A stretch of 64,000 nucleotides of DNA from positions 128,001 through 192,000 of the forward strand of contig JBPRGF010000003.1 in assembly GCA_051418015.1 (NCBI GenBank), in the 5' to 3' direction. The stretch's first letter is position 1. Every line of letters begins with the position of its first letter. Under the pieces are notes generated by a model that was not told the origin of the DNA, did no database searches, and saw only the letters and a list, made by a program, of their open reading frames with translations. Shown here one piece after another: positions 43,058 through 53,631 of the stretch. The DNA is from Candidatus Nitrospinota bacterium M3_3B_026. GTDB taxonomy: Bacteria; Nitrospinota_A; UBA7883; JBPRGF01. Made by a program: the position numbers and the translations under genes.

Positions 43058-43842
43058 AGGGCCTGGCTCGCGCCAAGGTCCGCTACGTCGATCTCGTCTA
43101 TGTCCCGGCCCGCCGAGGCTTTCGAGGCGCCGAAGCCCTCCTGCCCCGGGAGATCGTCGAACGACATGGGGTTCGACACCTGCCCGGCAAGGGTCATCTG
43201 CTGGATGGCCCGACCGACCTCCGCCGCGCCGGACATCGCCACCGCCACGGAGCGGATGTAGATGAGCTGGTCGTCGTCGGTCGTCGGGTCCTTGTCTTCC
43301 GTCCCGTCGCCATTGTTAGGGTTCGTGTCCTCGCCGAAGTTGTCCCAGGCGGTGACGGTGTAGGTTATATCGAGGTTGCCCACGGTCACGGTCCTCTGGG
43401 CTATCTGGACACCCGCCGCCGTCCACGGCCCGTCAAGCATGGATTCGCCGTCTCCGCATCCCCCGTTGGCGGCGGTTGTGGGCACGGGCCCGCAGAAATA
43501 AGTCAGGCTCATCGGCAGGGCGTACATGGAGCCGTCCAGCAGGAAATCCCAGTCCGGCTCCTCGAGGGCCGCGGCGAGCTTGGCCGCGTTGCCGTCCTGA
43601 AAATCCTTGGCCAGGATCGTCTTCGCGTGCTTCAGGCCCGTCTCGGCGATGAAGAAGGCGCCCATGTTGGTCCTCATGTTGTTGGCTATCCGCTGCTCGA
43701 TGGAGGACTTGGTGGCGGAGTAGATGCCCATCACCGTCACCATCGCCAGTATGAGCAGCGCAAGCAGCAGCACCGCGCCCCGCCTCTCCTGGAGTGGTGG
43801 GCGGCGGCGCATGGTCATTCCGTGGCGTCTTGTGGCGTCCAT
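43054..43842 (-). CDS. PilX-like minor pilin
   Basis: RG/AVLLLALLIL (no Glu5), IANN, AFFIAETGL. Confidence 0.8.
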   Translation of the reverse strand: MDATRRHGMTMRRRPPLQERRGAVLLLALLILAMVTVMGIYSATKSSIEQRIANNMRTNMGAFFIAETGLKHAKTILAKDFQDGNAAKLAAALEEPDWDFLLDGSMYALPMSLTYFCGPVPTTAANGGCGDGESMLDGPWTAAGVQIAQRTVTVGNLDITYTVTAWDNFGEDTNPNNGDGTEDKDPTTDDDQLIYIRSVAVAMSGAAEVGRAIQQMTLAGQVSNPMSFDDLPGQEGFGASKASAGRDIDEIDVADLGASQAL

Positions 43843-43855
43843 CGTTTCACCTCTT

Positions 43856-44917
43856 TTATATCCCGCTGGCCTTGTAGAACTGGTTGCGCAGCATCACCGT
43901 CCTGGTTATCACCCTGTGCCTGCGCTTGTCCGGCGCGAGGCCTACCGTGCTGTTGTCCAGAACGGGCGGCGTCTCCATCGCCTTCTTCGGGTCCTCCCCC
44001 TTGGTCCTCACCATGATGTTCAGCCGGGCCATTATGATGTTCAGAACATCCGTCACGGCGTCGCCGTCCACCCAGACATCCACCACCCCGTCGCCGTTGG
44101 TGTCCTCGCCGTAGGTGATCTGCAGGTCATCGACGTGGTTGGCGACAACCTCCGGCGTCCCGCCCTGCCGCTCGCGGATGAGCTGGGTGTTGCCGGCGTC
44201 GGTGGGGTCCTGGCGGACGTAATAATAGATATCCTCACCTATGGTGAAAACGGCGGGCCAGTTGGGGTTGCCCCCCTGGTTGCACTGCTGGGGCCTGTTG
44301 GCGGTGTCGTTCCCCCTGTTGAAGTTTATGTTCACCTGCGTCGCCCCCTGCCAGCCGGTCTGGTCCGTGATGTCTCCCTTGCAGGAGTAGCCGGTGGAGG
44401 GGTCCACAACCTTCACGTTGAACTCGGCCATGCAGTCGCCGATCTCCTGGTTGTTGAGGTTGTAGTCGTAGCAGTCCATGCAGCCGATAAGACTCTCCTG
44501 CGGCACCTGCGGGAAAGCGGCCGAATTCTCGTTGAAGCCGGGGTAGCTGATCGGCTGCAGGCAGGACGATGTGAAAATCTCTATGATGTCCGTCCCGTCC
44601 AGGGCGCCAAGGTTGCTCCTGACGGCGGCGTAGGCCGCGTCGGCATTGTCGAAGGGCATTACGACCCACGCTCCCGGCGGGCCGGAGACGGCCCTTATGT
44701 CGCGGCTCATGTAGTCCACCGCCACGCGGGAGTTTATCTCCATGTTCTTCATCTCGTCCAGCAGGACGAAGGCGTCGCGGTTGCTGATGAACATCTGCAC
44801 CGCCCCGGCCATCACCAGGCTGCCGATCGCCAGGGCGACGAGGATCTCTATGAGGGTGAAACCGCCCCGGCGCGCGGGGCGGGCCCTCAGCTCAGTATCA
44901 CGCTCGAGGCGGCGCAT
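43856..44917 (-). CDS. PilW-like minor pilin
   Basis: GG/FTLIEILVAL, MSRDIR, VDDLQITYGEDTNGDG, VMLRN. Confidence 0.85.
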   Translation of the reverse strand: MRRLERDTELRARPARRGGFTLIEILVALAIGSLVMAGAVQMFISNRDAFVLLDEMKNMEINSRVAVDYMSRDIRAVSGPPGAWVVMPFDNADAAYAAVRSNLGALDGTDIIEIFTSSCLQPISYPGFNENSAAFPQVPQESLIGCMDCYDYNLNNQEIGDCMAEFNVKVVDPSTGYSCKGDITDQTGWQGATQVNINFNRGNDTANRPQQCNQGGNPNWPAVFTIGEDIYYYVRQDPTDAGNTQLIRERQGGTPEVVANHVDDLQITYGEDTNGDGVVDVWVDGDAVTDVLNIIMARLNIMVRTKGEDPKKAMETPPVLDNSTVGLAPDKRRHRVITRTVMLRNQFYKASGI

Positions 44918-45372
44918 TGCTTCATGCTCCCTTTGTAATTCCAGGTTACCGTGACCGTCACCGTGTCCACCCCGGTCACGGGGACGTCCCTTTGCAGATC
45001 GACGGTGAGGGTCCCGTTCGATAAATGCATCTGCGTCAACTGGCCTTGCAGGGCGTCGTGGTCCTCCCCGGCGCGCCCGGCCACCGGCGCGGATGAGACG
45101 GCGGTGACGGTGAATCCGTCGTAGTCGGCGATGTTATCGAAGTTGGTCTGGACGCGGTCGATGGCGTCGTAGGCGAGGCTGACGGCCGAGTCCATCTCCC
45201 TTGTGAGTATCTCGCCGGAGACGGAGTTGACCTGGAGCATGGTTATCCCCAGCACGCCCACGGCGAGGATGGTTATGGCGACGAGGACCTCTATGAGCGT
45301 GAAACCGGCCCTGCGCCGAGACGGCGCGCCGGGCCTTCGCCCCCGGCTCGTCATGGACTCCGTGTGTGTCAT
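44887..45372 (-). CDS. PilV-like minor pilin
   Basis: AG/FTLIEVLVAITILAVGVLG, VTVTVTW. Confidence 0.85.
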   Translation of the reverse strand: MTHTESMTSRGRRPGAPSRRRAGFTLIEVLVAITILAVGVLGITMLQVNSVSGEILTREMDSAVSLAYDAIDRVQTNFDNIADYDGFTVTAVSSAPVAGRAGEDHDALQGQLTQMHLSNGTLTVDLQRDVPVTGVDTVTVTVTWNYKGSMKQCAASSVILS

Positions 45373-45516
45373 CTTGCGGTCCCTCACTTGCAGGACAAAC
45401 CTCAAGCGGGGAATGGGGATGACTTTAATATACAGCCAAACGGGGAAGAGCGGCAGGACAAATGTCCTTAAATCTCGATTTTTTTAGTTTTTTTCCCGCG
45501 GTTTGCGGAAAAACCG

Positions 45517-45942
45517 TCAGTGGCCGCTTTTGGACAGGCGAAGCAGGGTCTCCGAGAGGGCCTCTTTTCTCTTCACGTCGAGGATGCTCCTTATATAGGA
45601 GAAGCTCTCCGGGTTCGCCATGAGCGCGCCGCGGAGGATCTCCGAGCGCACGAGGGCGGCGATCTGCTCCCTGGAGTAGCCGCTGTCCATCCCCATGCCC
45701 TTGCGCAGCCTGGCCGCCTTGGATGACAGCACCGCCAGCGCCCCCGCGTAGGCAGGCAGGTCATGGGAGGTTATGCGGCTTGCGTCCTTGACCTTGTCCA
45801 CCTGCCTTAAAAGGGTCAGCTTCTCGGCCGTGTCGGGCAGGTCCCGGAGGGTCTGGAGAACGAGCATGGCCCACGTTCTGACGTCCTGGACGTAGCGATC
45901 CTTCATTCTAAGTCGGCCTGGGCCAGTTTCGGGATAAACCAT
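45517..45942 (-). CDS. Hypothetical helical protein (start 45942 or 45906)
   Basis: ORF fills the gap between dnaN and pilV; host-like codon usage. Confidence 0.55.
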   Translation of the reverse strand: MVYPETGPGRLRMKDRYVQDVRTWAMLVLQTLRDLPDTAEKLTLLRQVDKVKDASRITSHDLPAYAGALAVLSSKAARLRKGMGMDSGYSREQIAALVRSEILRGALMANPESFSYIRSILDVKRKEALSETLLRLSKSGH

Positions 45943-46027
45943 CTTTGATCAAACCAAACGGCGGTGTCGTGGATAGTATACCACCGCCGCCCCCGGGCGG
46001 CCCCGGAATTAAACACGGGGAGGGGGT

Positions 46028-47128
46028 TTAAAGCCGCATGGGCATGACGATGCAAAGCAGCCCGGCGTCGCCCGCGGCCCGGGCCAGCACGGGGCTCAAG
46101 GGGTCCTGCATCCTGAGGACCACCTCGTCCTCGTTCAGGATGCTCAGCATGTCCAGCAGGTAATTGGCGTTCAGGCCGATCAGCAACTCCTCGCCGGTGT
46201 ACTTCACGGGGATCTCGTCCCGCGCCTCGCCAAGCTCCCCACCCTCGCTGGAAAGCTCCAGCCTGCCGTCGCCGAACGAGAGCCGGACCATGTGCGACTT
46301 TTCGTCCGCCAGGGTGTTCACGCGCCTCAAGCTGTGGGTGAAGGCGGAGGATTCTATCACCGCCTCGCGGGTGTGGGCCTTCGGGATCACCTGCTCGTAG
46401 TTGGGGAACGCGCCCTCTATGAGCCTTATAACCAGCACGGAGCTTCCCTTCCTGAAGACGGCGTGGTTGTCCTGGGTCAGAAAGTCGATCGGCTCCCCGT
46501 CCTCGGAAAGCAGCCTGTAAAGCTCGTTGACCGCCTTCCTGGCGATTATCGTCTTCACCGGCTCGGCCACCTTGAACGCGCCCTCCCTCTCGATGAAGGC
46601 CAGCCTGTGCCCGTCCGTGGCCACCATCCGGGCCTTCGTGGGGTCTATCTCGAAAGAGGCGCCGTTCAGGGTCAGCCTCGTCTCGTCCTGGGAGATGGCG
46701 TAGCTTGTCTTGCGGATCATCTCGAGCAGCATCTCCGAGTCCAGCGCGATGAACCCGGACTCGTCGTAGGAGGGGAAGGCGGGGAACTCGTCGGCGCTGA
46801 TCGTGCTCAGGTTGAACTTTGAGCTGCCGCAGGTGATCCGCAGCCGCCCGTCGTCGTCCAGCCGGGCGGATACCGGCTCGGGGGGCAGCTCACGCACTAT
46901 GTCGAAAAGCTTCCGCGCCTGGGCCGTCACCCTCCCGGGGGAGGAGACCTCGGCCTCGTAGGAGCCGCGAAAACCCATGTCCAGGTTCGTGGCGAAGACG
47001 TCTATCCCGGAATCCGCCGCCTCTATAAGCACGTTCGCCAGGATGGGCATGGCGCCCTTGGGGGACACTATCCCCTGCGCTCTCTGCAGGCTCTTGAAAA
47101 ACTCGTCACGACCGATTGTGAATTCCAT
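46028..47128 (-). CDS. dnaN: DNA polymerase III beta clamp
   Basis: PILANVLI, ATNLD, VATDGHRL, RLIEGAFPNY, VMPMRL. Confidence 0.96.
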   Translation of the reverse strand: MEFTIGRDEFFKSLQRAQGIVSPKGAMPILANVLIEAADSGIDVFATNLDMGFRGSYEAEVSSPGRVTAQARKLFDIVRELPPEPVSARLDDDGRLRITCGSSKFNLSTISADEFPAFPSYDESGFIALDSEMLLEMIRKTSYAISQDETRLTLNGASFEIDPTKARMVATDGHRLAFIEREGAFKVAEPVKTIIARKAVNELYRLLSEDGEPIDFLTQDNHAVFRKGSSVLVIRLIEGAFPNYEQVIPKAHTREAVIESSAFTHSLRRVNTLADEKSHMVRLSFGDGRLELSSEGGELGEARDEIPVKYTGEELLIGLNANYLLDMLSILNEDEVVLRMQDPLSPVLARAAGDAGLLCIVMPMRL

Positions 47129-47198
47129 GGGCCGGTCCGTCTCCCAGAGAGGTTTTAAATATATATATTAATATCAACCCAAGTCTAAAGGCTTTGAC

Positions 47199-47227
47199 AT
47201 ATTATCAACACGGGTAAAAGGTGTCAA
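47199..47227 (-). promoter_or_regulatory. Sigma70 promoter of dnaN overlapped by a DnaA-box-like 9-mer
   Basis: TTGACA-17 nt-TAATAT with TG extension; TTATCAACA at 47202-47210. Confidence 0.6.
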
Positions 47228-47339
47228 TCGGGGAAGCTTTTTGGCTTATCCCGCGTGAAATGGGCGGATATTGTATATATAATTGTCGCGTCGATTGATC
47301 GCAGACCAGAAAGACACGAGATTTCCTAAGGAGAGTGTC

Positions 47340-47777
47340 ATGCCACGAAAACTTGTTCTGACCTTCCTTTTAACGTTGTCGATGGTGTCCATGGCCGGCG
47401 CGGCCTCCGCCATGACCTTGTGGGGCGCCGTCACGAATGGCGACGCCGCCTCCGCGCGCGAGCTGGTGTCGCAAGGCGCCAACGTGAACGCCGCCACGAA
47501 AAACGGCACGACCCTTCTCATCCACGCCGCCGAGCTGGGCCATCTTGAGATAGTGAAGATGCTGATAGCCAACGGCGCCGGCGTGAACGCCAGGTGCAAG
47601 CCGGGCTACACGGCCCTCATGCTGGCCGCGGACAACGGCCACGCGGAGGTCGTCCGGGTTCTCATAGACAGCGGCGCTGACGTCAACGCCGCGGACAACG
47701 CGGGAGGCACCGCGCTTCAGTACGCCATGACCGGCGAGATCGCCCAGGTGTTGCGGTCGGCGGGCGCGCGGCGGTAA
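47340..47777 (+). CDS. Secreted ankyrin repeat protein
   Basis: Signal peptide; about 3 repeats G.T.L..AA..GH.E.V..LI..GA.VNA; AAGGAG RBS. Confidence 0.88.
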   Translation: MPRKLVLTFLLTLSMVSMAGAASAMTLWGAVTNGDAASARELVSQGANVNAATKNGTTLLIHAAELGHLEIVKMLIANGAGVNARCKPGYTALMLAADNGHAEVVRVLIDSGADVNAADNAGGTALQYAMTGEIAQVLRSAGARR

Positions 47778-47825
47778 TAGAGAGGGGCGTTATGCGCCGG
47801 GCGGCGCGGCGACCGCTCCGGGCTG

Positions 47826-48308
47826 TCAGGCGCTTCCCTGCGCCTGGTCGTGGATGGTCTGAAGGTCTGTTATCTCGTATCTTCTGGCGCCTGACGGGGC
47901 GCTGACCGTCACCTCGTCGCCCTCCTCCTTTCCCATCAGGGCTTTGCCTATGGGGGTGGCGAGGGATATCCTGCCGTTGTCGGGGTCTACCTCCTCGGGG
48001 AAGACGAAGGTGTACGTCACCGTCTCGCCAGTCTCCATGTCCTCCAGGACCACCCGTGAGCCGAAACCAACCCTGTCCTGGGGGATCGACCGCAGGTTTA
48101 TGGCCAGGATCTCCCTTACCCTTTTTGTCAGGTGAGCTATGCGCGACTCGACGAGGCTTTTGCGCTCCTTGGCGGCGTCATACTCGGCGTTTTCCGACAG
48201 GTCGCCGTGGGCGGCGGCTGTTTCAAGCTCCCGCGGGATCTCGTGGCGCAGCTCGTGGGTGAGCCTCGAAAGCTCCTGCTCCAGCTTGTTGACTATCTCG
48301 AACCTCAT
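47826..48308 (-). CDS. greA: Transcription elongation factor GreA
   Basis: HGDLSENAEYDAAKE, ISLATPIGKALMG. Confidence 0.9.
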   Translation of the reverse strand: MRFEIVNKLEQELSRLTHELRHEIPRELETAAAHGDLSENAEYDAAKERKSLVESRIAHLTKRVREILAINLRSIPQDRVGFGSRVVLEDMETGETVTYTFVFPEEVDPDNGRISLATPIGKALMGKEEGDEVTVSAPSGARRYEITDLQTIHDQAQGSA

Positions 48309-48371
48309 AGGTGTACAATCTAGCTAGAAAAGGTTGACGATTACACGATCATTATATACTCCATCGCCGGT

Positions 48372-48830
48372 ATGAAAAGAGCCGTTTTCACCAGCCTGGC
48401 CGTTTTCGTCCTGCTTTTGCGCGGCCCCGCCCAGGCCCAGACAATCCACTCCGGCGAGGGCGTGGCGCTCCGCGACACCGTCTCCAGGCTGGCCGCCATC
48501 CTGGAGGACGAGATCAGCCGGGACGAGTATCTGGTCTCCGAGCCCATGAACCTCGTACGCCTTAACATGACCAGAAAAAAACTCTCCGAGGGACTCAAGA
48601 AGAAGGAGCCGCTGGCGCAAGGCCTGGAGGACAGGACGATCCCGGACCAGATAAAAGAGGCCGCGAGGATCGTCATCGAATCGGCCAGGGAGGAAAAAGA
48701 GATAGCCGGGAACATCCGCAGGACCCACTCCGCCCGCAAGGACGCTTACTGGACCATCAAGAAGAACCTGCCGGAAAAGAAAAAGGCCCTGGAAGACTTC
48801 GAGCGCTGGCTGGGGGAAAGGGGCCGGTAG
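48372..48830 (+). CDS. Hypothetical secreted helical protein
   Basis: Signal peptide ending AQA; charged coiled-coil-like body. Confidence 0.65.
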   Translation: MKRAVFTSLAVFVLLLRGPAQAQTIHSGEGVALRDTVSRLAAILEDEISRDEYLVSEPMNLVRLNMTRKKLSEGLKKKEPLAQGLEDRTIPDQIKEAARIVIESAREEKEIAGNIRRTHSARKDAYWTIKKNLPEKKKALEDFERWLGERGR

Positions 48831-48839
48831 CCGCGGCCT

Positions 48840-49388
48840 TCAGGCGCCGCTGGAGGCCAGCCTTATCATCCGGTCCAGTTCGTCCCTGCCCGGCTTCAGC
48901 TTCCCAAGGAAAACGGCGGAGACAAGGTAGAAAAAGGACGGCGTGACGATCTCCCGGGAGACCAGCGCCAGCATCAGCCCGTAGACGGCGACGGTTTCCA
49001 CCAGCGCCCATCTTATGATGAGCGCCTGGAAATAGTGCGCCGTGACGGCCAGGGCTTTTTTGTCCTCGTCCCGGACGGCGACGGTGATGTCCACGGGCAG
49101 GGCCGTGGCGCCCCTGCCTTCAAGGAAGTTCCGTATCCCCTCGCGGCTCCTGTATCTTCTGTCCAGGTAATACATCACCCCGATGTTTCCCGCCGCCATG
49201 ACGGCGAGGACGGCCCTCGCCATGGACAACAGGCTCCCCTCGAACTCCACGACCGGCGGGAAGGCGGAGATGAAAAAGAGCGTCACGGCCGCGTAAACGC
49301 CCACCCCGCCCAGCATCGCCGCCCATATGATGAAAAGCTTTTTGAGAACGTCGTCCCTGATCCGGGAGGCGGCGAAGGGGTCTTTCAT
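48840..49388 (-). CDS. Hypothetical four-TM membrane protein
   Basis: Four hydrophobic segments; WALVETVAVYGL. Confidence 0.65.
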   Translation of the reverse strand: MKDPFAASRIRDDVLKKLFIIWAAMLGGVGVYAAVTLFFISAFPPVVEFEGSLLSMARAVLAVMAAGNIGVMYYLDRRYRSREGIRNFLEGRGATALPVDITVAVRDEDKKALAVTAHYFQALIIRWALVETVAVYGLMLALVSREIVTPSFFYLVSAVFLGKLKPGRDELDRMIRLASSGA

Positions 49389-49435
49389 GATTTCACCGTC
49401 TCCTTCCGCTCCATCGCGCAGGCGTCCGCCCCCGG

Positions 49436-50662
49436 TCAGTAAAGTATCCGTGTCTTGATCGTGCCAGGGATCTTTCTCAGGTGGTCAAGCATCGACTTGT
49501 CCACGTCCTTGGAGACGTCCATGACAAGGTAGCCGATCTTCGGCGTGGTCATCAGGCTCTGGCCGAGGACGTTGACGCCTTTCTCGGCGAAGAGCGTGTT
49601 CACCCCCTGCAGGACGCCGGGGATGTTCTTGTGGAAGTGCAGGATGCGGTGCCGTCCCTCGTGGATGGGAAGCTCCACCTCCGGGACGTTCACCGCCGTC
49701 GTCGTCGACCCGTTGTTGATGAACTTGATCAGCTTGCCCGCCACCTCCCGGCCGATGTTCTCCTGCGCCTCCAGGGTGGAGCCGCCGATGTGGGGCGTCA
49801 GGATCACGTTGTCCATCCCCTGCAGCGGCGACCGGAACACCTCGCCCTTGGCCTTGGGCTCTTCCGGGAAGACGTCTATGGCCGCCCCGCCGAGCCTGCC
49901 GGACTTCAGCTCCCCGGCCAGCGCGTCGATGTCCACCACGTTGCCGCGGCTGTAGTTTATGAGATAGGCCCCGTCCTTCATCTTCGCCAGCTTCTCCCGG
50001 CTCATCATCCCCGCGGTGACGGGCGTTGCGGGAACGTGCAGGGTGACGATGTCCGAGACGGCCAGCAGCTCATCGATGTCCCGGACGGGCGTGGCGTTGC
50101 CCAGGGCGAGCTTGTCCACGATGTCGTTGTATACGACCTTCATCCCCATCGCCTCCGCCAGGACGCTGACCTGGGCGCCGATGTGGCCATAGCCGATTAT
50201 CCCCAGCGTCTTGCCCCGCACCTCGTGGGAGCCCTCGGCGGTCTTCAGCCAGCGCCCCTCGTGGGCGGCCTTGTTCTTCTCCGGGATGCGCCGAGTCAGC
50301 GAGACGCAGTGGCTGATGATAAGCTCCGCCACGGAGCGGGTGTTGGAGAAGGGCGCGTTGAAGACCGGCGCGCCGATATCGGCCGCCGCGTCGAGGTCTA
50401 TCTGGTTCGTGCCAATACAGAAGGCGCCTACCGCCAGCATACGCCGCGCAGACGAGAGGACATCGCCGGTCACCTGCGTCTTGGAGCGGATGCCTATGAC
50501 GTGGGCTTTTTCTATTTTCTTCTTCAGCTCGTTCGCGTCCAGCGAGCCGGGCAGAAGCTCCACCTGGAACCCCTCCGCCTCGAACCGCTCCACGGCGGAC
50601 TGGTGGATGTTCTCAAGCAGCAGTATCGATATCTTGCTTTTCGGAAACGATGTAACGGCCAT
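49436..50662 (-). CDS. serA: D-3-phosphoglycerate dehydrogenase
   Basis: GIRSKT, FCIGTNQ, NAPFSNTRSVAE, GYGHIG, TPHIGGST, ACT domain. Confidence 0.95.
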   Translation of the reverse strand: MAVTSFPKSKISILLLENIHQSAVERFEAEGFQVELLPGSLDANELKKKIEKAHVIGIRSKTQVTGDVLSSARRMLAVGAFCIGTNQIDLDAAADIGAPVFNAPFSNTRSVAELIISHCVSLTRRIPEKNKAAHEGRWLKTAEGSHEVRGKTLGIIGYGHIGAQVSVLAEAMGMKVVYNDIVDKLALGNATPVRDIDELLAVSDIVTLHVPATPVTAGMMSREKLAKMKDGAYLINYSRGNVVDIDALAGELKSGRLGGAAIDVFPEEPKAKGEVFRSPLQGMDNVILTPHIGGSTLEAQENIGREVAGKLIKFINNGSTTTAVNVPEVELPIHEGRHRILHFHKNIPGVLQGVNTLFAEKGVNVLGQSLMTTPKIGYLVMDVSKDVDKSMLDHLRKIPGTIKTRILY

Positions 50663-50773
50663 TCAAGTCAACCCCGTCTTATTGGTTCAAAGTCCGTGAA
50701 AGGGATAATGATGCGTTAAAACCCCCGCGGGTTCATCAAAGTTGCTGTGCCTGATACGGGACTCCGCGCTCGG

Positions 50774-52381
50774 TCACTTCCCCTTCTTCCTCTTCGCGCC
50801 CCGGCGGGCCTTCTTGTGCAGCTTGTATTCGAGGCTGTCCACCAGCGCCTGCCAGCTGGCCTCGATGACGTTGGGGGAAACGCCGACCGTACCCCACCGG
50901 CTCTGGCCGTCGCCGGACTCTATGAGCACCCTGGTGGTGGAGGCCGTCTTGCTGTCGTCGAGCAGGCGAACCTTGAAGTCGTGCAACTCCACGTCCGAAA
51001 GCTCCGGGTAGCTTTTCACCAGCGCCGCGCGGACGGCCTTGTCCAGGGCGTGGACGGGCCCGTCCCCCTCCGCCACGGAGTGGGTCGTCGTTCCATTGGG
51101 CAGGCGAACCTTTATGACCGCCTCGGCCCAGTTCTCCCCCTGCTCGCCGGCGAAGGAGGAGACCACCCGGGCGCGGACCACGTCGAACTTCTTTTTCCAC
51201 TGGCCCATGGCCTTTCGCATCAAAAGCTCGAAGGAGGCCTCGGCCCCCTCGAACTGGAACCCCTCGCTCTCCAGCTCTTTTAGCTTGGCCAGTATCTTCT
51301 GCGTCGCTTCGTCGTCCTTCGAAAGGTCCAGCCCGAACTGTTCGGCTTTTGTCAGGATGTTCCACTTGCCGGAAAGGTCCGAGATCAGCACCCGCCGTCT
51401 GTTCCCCACAAGCTCCGGCGCGATGTGCTCGTAGGCCGCCGGCTCCTTCACCACCGCGGCGACGTGCACTCCTCCCTTGTGGGCGAAGGCGGAACGGCCG
51501 ACATAGGGCTGGCGCGGCTGCTGGGACATGTTGGCCAGCTCGTAGACGAGCCGGGACAGCTCCCGCAGCTTGCGCAGGTTCCGCGCCGGGACGGCCTTGT
51601 ACTCCATCTTCAGCTGCAGGTTGGGGATGATGGAGCAGAGGTTGGCGTTGCCGCAGCGCTCGCCGATCCCGTTTATTGTCCCCTGGACCATGTCCGCCCC
51701 GCCCCTCACGGCCATGAGGGTGTTGGCGACGCCGTTGTCGGAGTCGTTGTGGCAGTGGATGCCGAGGCGCGCGTCCGGTAGTTTTTCGGTTACATCGCGG
51801 ACTATCTTTTCCACCTCGAAAGGCAGCGCCCCGCCGTTGGTCTCGCACAGGCAGAGCCAGTCCGCCCCGCCCTCGAAGGCGGCTTCGAGGGCCTTGAGGG
51901 CATACCCCGGATCGGCCTTGTAGCCGTCGAAAAAATGCTCCGCGTCGAAGACGACGCTTTCCACCCTGCCTTTCAGGTAGGCGACGGTGTCGTGGATGAT
52001 CTCCAGGTTCCTCTTTTTGGATATGCCCAGAACGCGCGTGGCGTGCATGTCCCAGGTCTTGCCGAAGACCGTTATCACCGGCGCGCCGGACTCGAGCAGA
52101 AGTTTTACGTTGCGGTCGCCGCCGGGCTTGTTTTTCGGGTGATGAGTGGCGCCGAAGGCGGTTATTTTCGCCTTTTTCAGCTTGAGCTTTTTCGCCTCCC
52201 GGAAGTAAGCCTCGTCACGGGGATTGGAGCCGGGCCAGCCGCCCTCGACATAGTGGACGCCGAAATCGTCCAGCGCCTCGGTGATGATGAGCTTGTCGTC
52301 GAGGGAGAAGCTCACCTCCTCCGCCTGCGCTCCGTCCCGCAGGGTGGTGTCGTACAGCTTTATCTTTCCGGCCCCGGTCAT
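50774..52381 (-). CDS. cimA: Citramalate synthase
   Basis: [41 protein letters not shown]; follows lysC. Confidence 0.92.
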   Translation of the reverse strand: MTGAGKIKLYDTTLRDGAQAEEVSFSLDDKLIITEALDDFGVHYVEGGWPGSNPRDEAYFREAKKLKLKKAKITAFGATHHPKNKPGGDRNVKLLLESGAPVITVFGKTWDMHATRVLGISKKRNLEIIHDTVAYLKGRVESVVFDAEHFFDGYKADPGYALKALEAAFEGGADWLCLCETNGGALPFEVEKIVRDVTEKLPDARLGIHCHNDSDNGVANTLMAVRGGADMVQGTINGIGERCGNANLCSIIPNLQLKMEYKAVPARNLRKLRELSRLVYELANMSQQPRQPYVGRSAFAHKGGVHVAAVVKEPAAYEHIAPELVGNRRRVLISDLSGKWNILTKAEQFGLDLSKDDEATQKILAKLKELESEGFQFEGAEASFELLMRKAMGQWKKKFDVVRARVVSSFAGEQGENWAEAVIKVRLPNGTTTHSVAEGDGPVHALDKAVRAALVKSYPELSDVELHDFKVRLLDDSKTASTTRVLIESGDGQSRWGTVGVSPNVIEASWQALVDSLEYKLHKKARRGAKRKKGK

Positions 52382-53628
52382 TGATCCTCCCACAAGGGCC
52401 TCTCCTCCGGCGGCAGCTTGAGCTGGAACGTCTCGTGCAGTATTCTCACCGCCCGCTCCACCTCGTCCTCGGCCACAACGCAAGAGACCTTTATCTCCGA
52501 AGTGGATATCATCATGATGTTCACCCCGCCGTCCGCCAGCGCCCGGAACGCCCTGGCGGCCACGCCTGTGTGGCTTTTCATCCCCACGCCGATGATGGAG
52601 ACTTTTCCGATGTCCCCGTCGGCGGTTACCTCCTTCGCGCCCAGCTCCCCCAGGATGTTTTTGAGTTTCTCCAGCGTTTTTGGGGCCTCGTTCTTCGGCA
52701 CGGTGAAGGATATGTCCGTCAGCCCCTTCACGGAGATGTTCTGGATGATCATGTCCACGTTTATCCCCTCCTCGGCCACCGAGGAGAAGACACGCGAGGC
52801 GATCCCCGGCCTGTCCGGGACACCCGCCACGGTGATCTTGGCCTGGTTGTGGTCATAGGTGACGGCGGCCACAACGACCTCCTCCATCTTTTTCTTCTCG
52901 GAAGTCACCAGCGTTCCCTTTCCATCAACGAATGTCGATTTGACATATATGGGCATATTATACTTCTTGCCGAACTCCACCGACCGCGTCTGCAGCACCT
53001 TCGCCCCCAGCGAGGCCATCTCCAGCATCTCGTCGAAGGAGATGGCGTCTATCCTGCGGGCGGAGGGGACGACGTTCGGGTCGGTGGTGTAGACCCCGTC
53101 CACGTCGGTGTAAATCTCGAGCATGTCGGCGCCCATCGCCACGGCGATGGCCACCGCGGAGGTGTCCGAGCCCCCGCGCCCCAGGGTGGTGACGTTGCCG
53201 GTCCGCTCGTCGATCCCCTGGAAACCCGCCACCACCGCCACCTTCCCCGCCCCCAGGGCCTCGCGGAGCCTGTCGCCGGTTATCCTGCGGATGCGGGCCT
53301 TCATGTGCGCCGCGTCGGTGAACATGCCTATCTGCCTGCCGGTGAAGGAGGTGGCGGGGACGCCCATCCCGTCGAGGGTGATGGCCAGCAACGCCGCGGA
53401 GACGCGCTCCCCGGAGCTCATCAGGAGGTCCATTTCCCGCTCCGGCGGCGACGCTGAAAGCTCGTGGGCCAGGCTGATGAGCCTGTCGGTCTCGCCGGAC
53501 ATGGCGGAGACCACGACTATAACGTCGTCGCCCCTGCCCCGCGCTTCGGCCACCTTTTTCGCCACGTGGCGGATGCGTTCTATGGAGCCGACGGACGTGC
53601 CTCCGTATTTCTGGACTATCAACGCCAT
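52378..53628 (-). CDS. lysC: Aspartate kinase
   Basis: [20 protein letters not shown], two ACT domains. Confidence 0.96.
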   Translation of the reverse strand: MALIVQKYGGTSVGSIERIRHVAKKVAEARGRGDDVIVVVSAMSGETDRLISLAHELSASPPEREMDLLMSSGERVSAALLAITLDGMGVPATSFTGRQIGMFTDAAHMKARIRRITGDRLREALGAGKVAVVAGFQGIDERTGNVTTLGRGGSDTSAVAIAVAMGADMLEIYTDVDGVYTTDPNVVPSARRIDAISFDEMLEMASLGAKVLQTRSVEFGKKYNMPIYVKSTFVDGKGTLVTSEKKKMEEVVVAAVTYDHNQAKITVAGVPDRPGIASRVFSSVAEEGINVDMIIQNISVKGLTDISFTVPKNEAPKTLEKLKNILGELGAKEVTADGDIGKVSIIGVGMKSHTGVAARAFRALADGGVNIMMISTSEIKVSCVVAEDEVERAVRILHETFQLKLPPEERPLWEDQ

Positions 53629-53631
53629 TTT

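Noticed and set aside
39131..43261. 1376-aa plus-strand ORF
   Set aside because: It is the antisense shadow of pilY1 caused by high-GC codon bias and has no motifs. The same applies to the many other Arg/Gly/Pro-rich overlapping ORFs in the track.
44465..44485. Heme-binding motif in PilW (CMDCY)
   Set aside because: It lacks the His of CxxCH; disulfides are more likely.
47150..47285. Replication origin (oriC)
   Set aside because: The tract is AT-rich but has only one near-consensus DnaA box and no adjacent dnaA; divergent promoters explain it better.
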